A DNA stretch of 61,597 nucleotides, filler included. It is 8 parts of 8 records of this genome, joined end to end, with 100 filler letters (N's around TTAATTAATTAA, not from the genome) between each part and the next. Parts side by side here need not be neighbours in the genome. Positions count along the whole stretch, not along the records: positions 18,401 to 23,517 come from DRR723986_25682; positions 23,618 to 29,629 come from DRR723986_25726; positions 29,730 to 37,185 come from DRR723986_25759; 5 more parts are not named here. One strand, written 5' to 3'. The position numbers and the translations under genes are program-made. The notes under the pieces were generated by a model. That model searched no databases. It worked only from the letters and a program-made list of their open reading frames with translations, and had not been told where the DNA came from. Shown in pieces: positions 21,151 to 29,958 of this stretch. Within the stretch, counting starts at the first letter, position 1. Each line of letters begins with the position of its first letter.

Positions 21151-21801
21151 TCATCCCAGATCAAGCAGCGCCGGCAGATCCGCCATATTGTCAAAAAGCG
21201 CGTCGCAAAAAGGTTGCAGTTTTTCTGGGTCGGCGCCCGCGTGATACCCAAAACAGGTCATCCCTGCCGCTTGTCCTGCCTTGGCCCCGGTTGCGCTGTC
21301 TTCGATGACGGCGCAGCGGGCGGGCGCGGTGCGGGCATAGAAGGCGGCCTTTAGGTAAACGTCTGGCGCAGGTTTCGCTGCCGGGCAATCATGGGCCGAA
21401 AAGATCCGCCCTTCGAACCGGTCCCAAAGACCGCAGCGGCCCAAGGTGACCTGCATCTTTTCCATCGGGCCGTTGGAACAGGTGGCATAGCCGATCCCGG
21501 CGCGGTCCAACTGGTCCAGCAGATCTGGAACGCCGGGGATCACCTCGCATTGCGCATCCAGCACCGCGAATACCTCAGCATGGATTTGCGTGAGCCAATC
21601 GTCCGGCAATTCCGCGCCCAGCACACGGGCGCTTTTCATCGCGCCCTCCATCGTGCCGCCAACAAACAACCGGCCAATGTCTTCGGTCTTGATCGTCAAA
21701 CCGTGCCGGGCAAAGTTCTGTTGAAGAACGGCTTGGGTTAGCGGCTCACTGTCCACCAACACGCCATCGCAATCAAAAAGAATGTAATCTGCTGCCGCCA
21801 T
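21151..21801 (-). CDS. HAD-IA hydrolase
   Basis: FDCDGVLVDSE, KPAPD and IEDS motifs. Confidence 0.9.
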   Translation of the reverse strand: MAAADYILFDCDGVLVDSEPLTQAVLQQNFARHGLTIKTEDIGRLFVGGTMEGAMKSARVLGAELPDDWLTQIHAEVFAVLDAQCEVIPGVPDLLDQLDRAGIGYATCSNGPMEKMQVTLGRCGLWDRFEGRIFSAHDCPAAKPAPDVYLKAAFYARTAPARCAVIEDSATGAKAGQAAGMTCFGYHAGADPEKLQPFCDALFDNMADLPALLDLG

Positions 21802-21849
21802 GGCACCATGCACCACAAATCAGGCCGGGAATAAACCCCGGCACGCAGA

Positions 21850-22353
21850 TCAACGGTCAGGCGCGGCCAGTTCCAGATAGATACTGTCGAACCATTTGCC
21901 GCCAATCTTTATCGTGTTCTGTGCTTGCCCCGTGACCACAAACCCCAGCTTTTTCAGCATCGCCAAGGAAGCCAGATTTTCGGGGTCAACATCCGCAGTG
22001 ACCCGGGTGAGGCCGAGGCTCTCAAACCCATGGGCAATCACAGCTTGCACCGCCTCGGTCGCGATACCGCGCCGCCAATAATCGGGATGCAGGACATAGC
22101 CGATCTCGGGCATCTGCCAAAGGCCAACTTTGCCGATCACTTTGCCATCATGTTCGATCGCAAATTCGGCATGCTGGCTCGGGTCCGCGGCGAGCGTTCG
22201 TTCGATCATACGCGCCGTCTCCGCGACAGAGGCATGGGGCAGCGTGCTCCAATATCGCATGGCGGCGGGGTCGCCGAAGACTGCAAACAAGTCTTCAGCA
22301 TCCGCCGGATCAAACGGGCGCAGAACAAGACGCGGGGTCGTGAGAATGGTCAT
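21850..22353 (-). CDS. RimJ/RimL-type GNAT N-acetyltransferase
   Basis: TPRLVLRPF, EIGY.LHPDYWRRGIATEA and NLASLAMLKKLGF; start moved to MTILTT. Confidence 0.88.
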   Translation of the reverse strand: MTILTTPRLVLRPFDPADAEDLFAVFGDPAAMRYWSTLPHASVAETARMIERTLAADPSQHAEFAIEHDGKVIGKVGLWQMPEIGYVLHPDYWRRGIATEAVQAVIAHGFESLGLTRVTADVDPENLASLAMLKKLGFVVTGQAQNTIKIGGKWFDSIYLELAAPDR

Positions 22354-22418
22354 CGCAGTTACGGTTTCTAAGGTTGGCCGAAGATCGCACAACCTTTGCA
22401 GGTCAAACCACCAAAAGA

Positions 22419-22444
22419 AAAGGCCGGGGATCACCCCGGCCTTT
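22419..22444 (-). terminator. Intrinsic terminator after clpB
   Basis: AAAGGCCGGGG-ATCA-CCCCGGCCTTT. Confidence 0.8.
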
Positions 22445-22471
22445 GGCTTTGCGTTTCATGCTGGCCCCGTC

Positions 22472-23517
22472 TTAATGGATCACAGCATCATCCGGTTTGG
22501 GTCGATTGCTGGCGGCAACGCGATCTCCGATAATCAGACCGTCCGTGCCAGCCGAAACCGTGATCGTATCACCGTCCCGCACATCGCCCGCCAGCAGCAT
22601 CTCGGCCAGTGGGTCTTGCAACGCCCGTTGAATCACGCGCTTCAGCGGCCGCGCCCCAAAGACAGGGTCATAGCCCTCATCCGCAAGCCAGGTCTTGGCG
22701 CCCGCATCCAGCTCAAGCGCGATCTTGCGCCCCGCCAGACGCTTCAACAAACGCGCCATCTGGATATCGACGATACCGGTCATGTCATCCCGTGCCAGAC
22801 GGTCAAAGATGATGGTCTCATCCAAACGGTTGAGGAACTCGGGCCGGAAATGCGCCCGGACCGCATCCATCACATCCCGCTTGGCCTGCGCCATATCACC
22901 GCCCTCAGGCAGTTGGCTCAACGCCTGCGCCCCAAGGTTGGAGGTCAGGATGATCAGGGTCTGTTTGAAATCCACCGTGCGGCCCTGACCATCGGTCAGA
23001 ACGCCATCATCGAGCACCTGTAGCAGCACGTTGAACACGTCGGGGTGGGCTTTTTCCACCTCGTCAAACAGGACCACCTGATAGGGGCGACGGCGCACGG
23101 CCTCGGTCAGAACACCGCCTTCGTCGTAGCCGACATAGCCGGGAGGGGCACCGATCAGGCGGGCGACGGCGTGTTTCTCCATGAATTCGGACATGTCGAT
23201 ACGCACCATGGCGCTGTCGTCATCAAAGAGGAAATCGGCCACGGCCTTGGTCAGTTCGGTCTTACCCACACCGGTTGGGCCGAGGAACAGGAAGCTGCCA
23301 AGCGGGCGGCTTTCGTCGTTCAGCCCGGCGCGCGCACGGCGCACGGCGTTGGACACAGCAGTCACGGCCGAGTGCTGGCCGATCACGCGGCGGTGCAGGT
23401 CATCCTCCATCCGGAGCAGCTTTTCGCGCTCGCCCTCGAGCATTTTCGAGGTCGGGATACCGGTCCAGCGTTCGACCACGGCGGCGATCTGTTCGGGGCG
23501 CACGGCCTCTTCGACCA
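22472..23517 (-). CDS. clpB: Chaperone ClpB, C-terminal NBD2 part (5' truncated)
   Basis: [37 protein letters not shown] and [10 protein letters not shown]. Confidence 0.95.
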
Positions 23518-23617
23518 NNNNNNNNNNNNNNNNNNNNNNNNNNNNNNNNNNNNNNNNNNNNTTAATTAATTAANNNNNNNNNNNNNNNNNNNNNNNNNNN
23601 NNNNNNNNNNNNNNNNN
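23518..23617. other. Artificial contig linker 2
   Basis: N run containing TTAATTAATTAA. Confidence 0.99.
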
Positions 23618-23639
23618 GACCTTCAGGTTATGAGCCTGA
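23618..23639 (-). mobile_element. Truncated tRNA-fMet(CAT) copy, probable att site of an integrated element
   Basis: Minus strand TCAGGCTCATAACCTGAAGGTC matches the alphaproteobacterial initiator tRNA anticodon arm. The upstream sequence is AT-rich non-tRNA DNA instead of the D-arm (GGTAGCTCG). Confidence 0.65.
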
Positions 23640-23924
23640 TTGATAGGTACGTAAATAACTGATATTATTGAATAATAAATTTATAGAAAAAATAATGTGA
23701 TAGAAACTGTGATAAAATTGCGAATCAGAAAACTCATTTTAAGGCTCGTGAGGCGGTTATCTAATGATTTTAGCCGGATTAGCACCACAAGCACATTCAA
23801 ACAATATCCCTGCATATTTTGTTGAAACCACATCAAGCAAAAGAGCGCAAAGCACTTAAGTATTCATCTCATATACCACCATGGAAACACCTTTACCCTT
23901 GATCACGAGATAGTTCTTTTTAGC

Positions 23925-26900
23925 TTAATGAAAATTCCTACCTTTTGGTAATATAGCGGAAACTCTTCTCGGTTTTTTCATCGAGTGCGCCACATCTTCA
24001 ATATGATCTACCAACGTGCCATTTCGAACTTCGTCTGACGGTTCATAAGGGCTAGTTAATTCTGCACAATCGCTGATAGAGGCCAGTTCATCGCTCATAT
24101 CCACAAGCTGGCGTGCAACAACATGCATAACCGTCTCCTCACGCTGCAACAAACCCACCACGCCAAGAAAACGTGCGCCAACCACCGTGCGGCGCTCTGC
24201 TTCAAACAGCTTTGGCCAAATGATGATGTTGATCACACCCGTCTCATCTTCAAGTGTCGCAAATATCACCCCGCTTGCCGTACTTGGCCGCTGCCGTACA
24301 AGCACAAGACCCGCCACTGTCACCAGACGGTTTGCCGGATGCCCCATCATTTCTGCGGCCGTTATGAATTTGCGCGTTTCAAGGTTTGGCCGAATGAAGC
24401 TAACCGGATGCGCTTTAAGCGATAGCCTGAGCGTTGTATAATCTTCAACCACATGCTCACCGAGCGGCATGGTAGGCAAACTGACTTCAAGCTCTCGCTG
24501 CATGGCCTCACTATTATTTTCAAGAGCATGCTCAAAAAGCGGCAAGTCTTCAACTGCACTGCGTGCACCCGTTGGCGCTCCCAGCCCCTGCACTGCCCAT
24601 AACGCTTCGCGGCGATCTAAGCCAAGCGAGCGAAAACAGTCCGCACGCGCCAGCTTCTCAATCGCGGCTACAGACAAGCCCGTTCTGAAATACAGGTCCC
24701 TTACGCTGTCGAACCCACGCCCTCTTGTTAGCGAGAGTGTCTCGGCTTCTTGCTTGCTCACGCCTTTGATTTGCCGGAATCCAAGCCTTAGCGCCATCAC
24801 ACCACCCCCCTCAGGCGTTTGTGCTGCTTTGTTGTTTGTTTGCTCGAGCAAATGGTCCCATGTGCTGAAGTTCACATCAACGCCGCGCACTTCGCCTTTA
24901 TGGTCTCTGAAGTCTCGCACAAGCGATGAACTGGAATAAAAGCCCATGGGGAGAGAGTTCAGTAGTGCACAAGTGAAAGCATCAGGATAATAACATTTAA
25001 GCCATGATGATATATAGGCGAGAAGCGCAAAACTGGCTGAATGGCTTTCCGGAAAGCCGTAGTCCGAAAAACCTTCGATCTGCTTGAAACAGCGTTCCGC
25101 AAATTCAGGCTCATATCCATTTCTGGTCATGCCATTTAAGAACTTCTCCTTAAAGTCACCGATTTGACCCGTGCGCTTAAAGGTAGCCATGGCCTTACGC
25201 AACCTGTCTGCTTCGCCCGGTGTAAAACCTGCACCAACAATAGCGATCTTCATGGCTTGCTCCTGAAACAACGGCACACCAAATGTTTTATTGAGCACAG
25301 CTTCCAGTTCTTTTGAGGGATATGTAACCTCTTCCAATCCGTTTCGACGCTTCAGGTATGGATGTACCATGTCGCCTTGAATAGGCCCTGGCCTTACAAT
25401 AGCCACCTCAATAACAAGGTCATAAAATTTGCGCGGTTTAAGGCGCGGTAACATGGACATTTGCGCCCGGCTTTCTATCTGAAACACACCGATGGTGTCT
25501 GCTTTGCAGATCATGTCATAAACGCCACTATCCTCTATAGGGACCGTCGCGAGTTCATAAGGCTTGCCGTAATGATGTTTGATGAGTGTGAAGGCCTTTC
25601 GAATGGCTGTAAGCATACCAAGCGCCAGCACATCAACCTTAAGGATACCAAGCGCATCCAGGTCGTCCTTGTCCCATTCAACATAGGTACGGTCTTTCAT
25701 TGCAGCATTGGCAATGGGGATGACTTCCTCAAGCGGGCCATCTGTCATGACAAACCCACCTACATGCTGCGAAAGGTGACGCGGAAACCCTGCAATTTCA
25801 TGCGTTAGCTTGATTGCTTGCATCAATGTTGGGTCATCTGCATCTAAACCAAGTTCTGTCGCGCGTTCAACAGCAAGGCCGCCTCTGCTCCATCCCGATG
25901 CATTACTGGACAGCGCACTGACGGTATCCAGTGACAGCCCCATGGCTTTACCTACTTCCCGAATAGCGCTACGGGCACGGTAAGTGATGACAGTTGCCGC
26001 AATTCCTGCACGATGCCTGCCGTATTTTTTGTAGATATACTGGATAACCTCTTCACGGCGTTCGTGTTCGAAATCAACATCAATATCAGGTGGTTCGCCG
26101 CGGTCTGCAGAGACAAATCGTTCAAACAGCAGATCAATCTGAGTTGGGTCCACAGAGGTAATGCCAAGGCAATAACAAACGGCAGAGTTGGCAGCAGACC
26201 CGCGCCCCTGACATAAGATTTTTTTCCGGCGGGCATAACGAACAATGTCATCAACAGTCAGGAAATACGGCGCATATTCAAGCTCAGCAATCAGCCTTAA
26301 TTCGTGCGTGATTGTCTTTCTTATTTTCGGCGTAACACCATCTGGATACCTTTGTTTTGCGCCGATCCATGTCAGGCGCTCCAGTTCTTCCTGCGGTGTA
26401 GCGCTTTCCCCTGCTGGTTCTTTTGGATATTCATACTTCAGCTCGTCCAATGAGAATTTGCACTGCGCTGCAATCTCAAGCGTACGGGCAACAGCGTCTT
26501 CATAACCTTTAAAAACACGTATAATTTCATCGATACCTTTTAAATGCCGTTCTGCATTAACATTTAACCGTAGCCCCGCTTCTGCAATAGTTGTGTGTTC
26601 ACGGATACAAGTTAGAATATCCTGCAAAGGCCGCCGGTTTGGTATGTGATAATGCACATCACCAATGGCGATGAGTAGTGTTTTAGCTTGCGCTGAAATC
26701 TGCTCAAGTTTTTCGAGCCGTGCGTCGTCATTGCCGCAGTATAGCCGTGTCGCACCGAGATAGACTGATCCCGGGAACATCTCCGCTAGCCAACTTAGGC
26801 TTTGCTCAAATTGGGTATTGAGTTTGTAAGGCGGCACGGCAATGAAGATATGGTTGTCAGCCAAATCAAGAATATCTTCTTTGGCAAGGATACAGTTACC

Positions 26901-27206
26901 CTTTTCTGCACGACGATTGCCTTTAGTGAGCATCTTAGTCAGCCTGCCGTAGGCCGCACGGTTTTGCGGAAAGCACAGCGTTTCAAAACCGCATGTCAGC
27001 ACCAACCTCACACCCACTATAAACTGGATGCCAGCTTCTTTTGCCGCCACATGGCCGCGCACGATACCCGCAAGACTGTTTCTGTCTGTGATGGTGATGG
27101 CTTTATAACCAAGCTTCACGGCTTGCTGTACCAATTCATCGGGGTGCGATGCACCGCGCAGAAAGGAAAAATTGCTGGTAACTGACAGTTCTGCGTAGCC
27201 GTTCAT
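23925..27206 (-). CDS. dnaE2: Error-prone DNA polymerase DnaE2 (ImuC)
   Basis: SNFSFLRGASHP, GRGSAANS, PPDIDVDFEHERREEV, YGFPESHS and C-terminal RNFH. Confidence 0.97.
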   Translation of the reverse strand: MNGYAELSVTSNFSFLRGASHPDELVQQAVKLGYKAITITDRNSLAGIVRGHVAAKEAGIQFIVGVRLVLTCGFETLCFPQNRAAYGRLTKMLTKGNRRAEKGNCILAKEDILDLADNHIFIAVPPYKLNTQFEQSLSWLAEMFPGSVYLGATRLYCGNDDARLEKLEQISAQAKTLLIAIGDVHYHIPNRRPLQDILTCIREHTTIAEAGLRLNVNAERHLKGIDEIIRVFKGYEDAVARTLEIAAQCKFSLDELKYEYPKEPAGESATPQEELERLTWIGAKQRYPDGVTPKIRKTITHELRLIAELEYAPYFLTVDDIVRYARRKKILCQGRGSAANSAVCYCLGITSVDPTQIDLLFERFVSADRGEPPDIDVDFEHERREEVIQYIYKKYGRHRAGIAATVITYRARSAIREVGKAMGLSLDTVSALSSNASGWSRGGLAVERATELGLDADDPTLMQAIKLTHEIAGFPRHLSQHVGGFVMTDGPLEEVIPIANAAMKDRTYVEWDKDDLDALGILKVDVLALGMLTAIRKAFTLIKHHYGKPYELATVPIEDSGVYDMICKADTIGVFQIESRAQMSMLPRLKPRKFYDLVIEVAIVRPGPIQGDMVHPYLKRRNGLEEVTYPSKELEAVLNKTFGVPLFQEQAMKIAIVGAGFTPGEADRLRKAMATFKRTGQIGDFKEKFLNGMTRNGYEPEFAERCFKQIEGFSDYGFPESHSASFALLAYISSWLKCYYPDAFTCALLNSLPMGFYSSSSLVRDFRDHKGEVRGVDVNFSTWDHLLEQTNNKAAQTPEGGGVMALRLGFRQIKGVSKQEAETLSLTRGRGFDSVRDLYFRTGLSVAAIEKLARADCFRSLGLDRREALWAVQGLGAPTGARSAVEDLPLFEHALENNSEAMQRELEVSLPTMPLGEHVVEDYTTLRLSLKAHPVSFIRPNLETRKFITAAEMMGHPANRLVTVAGLVLVRQRPSTASGVIFATLEDETGVINIIIWPKLFEAERRTVVGARFLGVVGLLQREETVMHVVARQLVDMSDELASISDCAELTSPYEPSDEVRNGTLVDHIEDVAHSMKKPRRVSAILPKGRNFH

Positions 27207-28786
27207 GCAAAAAACCCATGCATAAACCAGTATGGATTTTCGCCGCGCTCATAAAGGCCTTGCCGGTACAGCCAGTAGCGATAGCCTTCATCATCCTCGA
27301 CACGATAATAATCGCGTGTTGGCTCGACATCTTTCGCTGGCCTCGCCCACCATTCAGGTCCAATACGTTCTGGCCCCTCAGCGCATACAATACGGTGTTT
27401 AAGACGGCGCCACTCAAACACAATAGGAGGCCCGTCAGGCACTTCGGCAATGGCCGTGATCGGCTCTGGGTACGGCAGCAATGCTATTGGCCGCCCCAAA
27501 TGGTTGTCTCCCTGTATTTGTTCCAGAAAAACACGCCAGTCAGGTATCGTTCTCGGCACATCTGCGATAGGTACTAAGCGTTCCGATCTTTCCGGGATGT
27601 AGCTCTCTTGTGGTATAAAACGGCCGACACTCTCACGGCCAAATCGGTTACTGTAACGATCCAACAATGTTTGCAGAGCAATTTGCCGGTCATTTTCATT
27701 TTTACCGGTCAGGTTTGATTGGGTTTGACCGCTGCGTTCGCACTCAAAAGCCGAAAGAACAAGCTGATCAATGCCAAAACCAACATCATAATTTTCTGCG
27801 AAAAATTTTAACTTTTCAGCAAACAAGCGTTTGATCAGAGGTTTATTGGCTGTTAGCGCACTGGTTCTGATCATAACAGTGTGGGCGTCGCCATCAACAC
27901 GGTAAATTGTCAGATCATATCGTCTGGCACCAACGGATGCTTCTTCTAATATGGCAGTCAATGACGTTATTAAATCGTCCAAGTTTGCCTCGGCCGCATC
28001 CAGGTGTTGAATTGGTTCAATGAAGTTGGCTGATACTCGATAATCTGGTGGTGGTGTGATCGGCGATAAGGTTTCGCTTTTCAAACCGAGGGCCTGATCA
28101 AGGCGTGTCATCAGGTTTTTACCGTAGCGTGCGGCCAGTGGCGCGCGCGGGTTTGGAATAAGCATACCGATGGTTTTGAGACCAACTTGGGCAACTCGGG
28201 CAGTGATCGCCGCATCAACACGCAAAGCTGATACAGGGTAAGGTTTGAGTGCTTGTTTTGTTTTACCGCTCTCCACAATGGTAAGCGGCCTGGAGCTATA
28301 GCGTGCGAAAGCCCAAGCGGCGCCTATTGTGCCCGCAATAGCAACACGACTTGTGATACCAAAGCGGTGCAACCGGTGCATCAGGTCTTCCGCTAAAGTT
28401 GCTTCACCGCCGAGCAAATGTGCACAGCCTGTTATATCCATTAGTAAACCGTCAGGTAGGTCATCGCTGACCCATGGGCTATAGCGCGTGAGCCATTGTG
28501 CCAGCTTCTGTAAAGCAGCCGCATCATTCAGCGGGTCATGATCTGATACTTTAAGAAAAGGACTCAATAGCCGCGCGTCGGCAAGGGATTGACCAACACT
28601 AATGCCTTCATGCTTTGCTTGATTGTTTGCTGCCATGACCCGAATACCGCCCTGGGCGGGGGCGACAAGAACAAAGGGGCCAAGTGAGCCATGACTACCC
28701 TGTTTGGAGATGGACGGCCGGCTTGTGCGGCGACTGTGGCATTCGATCGCCCAGTTTGACAGCCATACCGAGATGTAACGTTTCAT
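27203..28786 (-). CDS. imuB: Y-family polymerase-like ImuB
   Basis: DGLLMDITGCAHL, GPERIGPEWW, RDYYRVED and WFMHGFFA; ATGA overlap with dnaE2. Confidence 0.93.
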   Translation of the reverse strand: MKRYISVWLSNWAIECHSRRTSRPSISKQGSHGSLGPFVLVAPAQGGIRVMAANNQAKHEGISVGQSLADARLLSPFLKVSDHDPLNDAAALQKLAQWLTRYSPWVSDDLPDGLLMDITGCAHLLGGEATLAEDLMHRLHRFGITSRVAIAGTIGAAWAFARYSSRPLTIVESGKTKQALKPYPVSALRVDAAITARVAQVGLKTIGMLIPNPRAPLAARYGKNLMTRLDQALGLKSETLSPITPPPDYRVSANFIEPIQHLDAAEANLDDLITSLTAILEEASVGARRYDLTIYRVDGDAHTVMIRTSALTANKPLIKRLFAEKLKFFAENYDVGFGIDQLVLSAFECERSGQTQSNLTGKNENDRQIALQTLLDRYSNRFGRESVGRFIPQESYIPERSERLVPIADVPRTIPDWRVFLEQIQGDNHLGRPIALLPYPEPITAIAEVPDGPPIVFEWRRLKHRIVCAEGPERIGPEWWARPAKDVEPTRDYYRVEDDEGYRYWLYRQGLYERGENPYWFMHGFFA

Positions 28787-29474
28787 GATGCCAACATACA
28801 TGATCAGAGCGTAGCTTTATGCCCCTGCCCTTGGTGAAATTAAGTTGCCACTCGGGATGACCAAGCCGTGCAAATGACCCGCTTTTGGCAGATGCCGTGT
28901 TACTGGCGTGACTAGTAACAGAGATACGTGTATCGGCAGCCGTTGCCCCATTTGCCCGGTGGGACCGCACGAGCAGAGCTGGTATTCCAGCTTCAGATGC
29001 ACGTAACCTCAGTCGCTTACTTGCGTTAAAATCATAGAGTTTTTCAGACCAGAGAACGCCGACAACAGCCACGACAGCCTTTGACGTAACTGCTTCTTCC
29101 ATGGCCCATAATAAGTCTTTCTCTGTCGCAAGCGTTAATTTAGTGATCCATTGTGGGTCGATACCAAACGCTGCTAATCCTGGTGCGTGCAGATGCAAAC
29201 GGTCTGGGTCACTCAGTTGACACCAAATGATAGACCCCTTTTTTTCCTGCAATATTTTCGATGTGAGAGCTAGCGTTACACCGAGTACAGCAACCCTGTC
29301 GCGGTAACTCGCTGGCAAGATTTCGCTTAGTTTTCCACTTTTTACTGGGTCAAATGACAGCACAGAAGCTTCAGATATATTGCGACAGCGTGTATCCGGA
29401 TCATTCCAATTAGCTAACGGTATGTTTTGAAGGGTTTCCTGATCTTTTTTGTTCTGAATTTTGATCATTTCCAT
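28695..29474 (-). CDS. imuA: ImuA (RecA-like) protein
   Basis: PGLAAFGIDP, DLLWAMEEA and ASKRLRLRA; first gene of the imuABC cassette. Confidence 0.85.
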   Translation of the reverse strand: MEMIKIQNKKDQETLQNIPLANWNDPDTRCRNISEASVLSFDPVKSGKLSEILPASYRDRVAVLGVTLALTSKILQEKKGSIIWCQLSDPDRLHLHAPGLAAFGIDPQWITKLTLATEKDLLWAMEEAVTSKAVVAVVGVLWSEKLYDFNASKRLRLRASEAGIPALLVRSHRANGATAADTRISVTSHASNTASAKSGSFARLGHPEWQLNFTKGRGIKLRSDHVCWHHETLHLGMAVKLGDRMPQSPHKPAVHLQTG

Positions 29475-29491
29475 AGTTTAAATTTTCATAT

Positions 29492-29517
29492 GTTGAATAT
29501 ATGTTCTTCTTTTGTTC
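29492..29517. promoter_or_regulatory. Alphaproteobacterial LexA box (tandem)
   Basis: GTTG-N7-GTTC-N7-GTTC, with a perfect GTTC-TTCTTTT-GTTC at 29503-29517; a minus-strand -35 TTGACT lies at 29541-29546. Confidence 0.85.
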
Positions 29518-29629
29518 TCATACTGTGTTTATGAGAACAGAGTCAACATTGAAACAAAAAAGTAGCTGCCTTCGGGGATTATGGCTGCGTATGAACATAG
29601 CTCCATCCACCAATCTCACCGTAACTAAG

Positions 29630-29729
29630 NNNNNNNNNNNNNNNNNNNNNNNNNNNNNNNNNNNNNNNNNNNNTTAATTAATTAANNNNNNNNNNNNNNN
29701 NNNNNNNNNNNNNNNNNNNNNNNNNNNNN
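29630..29729. other. Artificial contig linker 3
   Basis: N run containing TTAATTAATTAA. Confidence 0.99.
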
Positions 29730-29924
29730 TGGATCCCCGCCTGCGCGGGGATGACAAGGAGGGGTGGTGCGGCAGGCGGCTGAGAGGTAAACGTTGCCGT
29801 CTCACTCCGCTTTGTCATCCCGGTTTGGCGCAGCCAAGACCGGGATCCAGTACCCTTTGGAGCCGGTAAGTAGACATTCGTGAGGTCAGAAGCTTACCGG
29901 TTCACAGCCTGCGCGGGGATGACA
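29730..29924. repeat. GTCATCCC/GGGATGAC-type palindromic intergenic repeats (REP-like)
   Basis: TGGATCCCCGCCTGCGCGGGGATGACA (29730-29756), TGTCATCCCGG...CCGGGATCCAG (29813-29850) and GCCTGCGCGGGGATGACA (ending 29924). Confidence 0.8.
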
Positions 29925-29958
29925 AGGGTAAGCGAGCCGGTCCAGGAAAAAAGCGGCT

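Noticed and set aside
22130-23569. Long plus-strand ORFs opposite clpB, and similar ones opposite betC, msrP, pyc, slyD and LysR
   Set aside because: Antisense shadow ORFs are expected in GC-rich coding DNA, and these have no motifs or RBS.
29590-29615. AGCTCCATCCACCA resembling a tmRNA/tRNA 3' end
   Set aside because: No T-arm (GTTCGA) or acceptor-stem pairing precedes it, and the match is too short.
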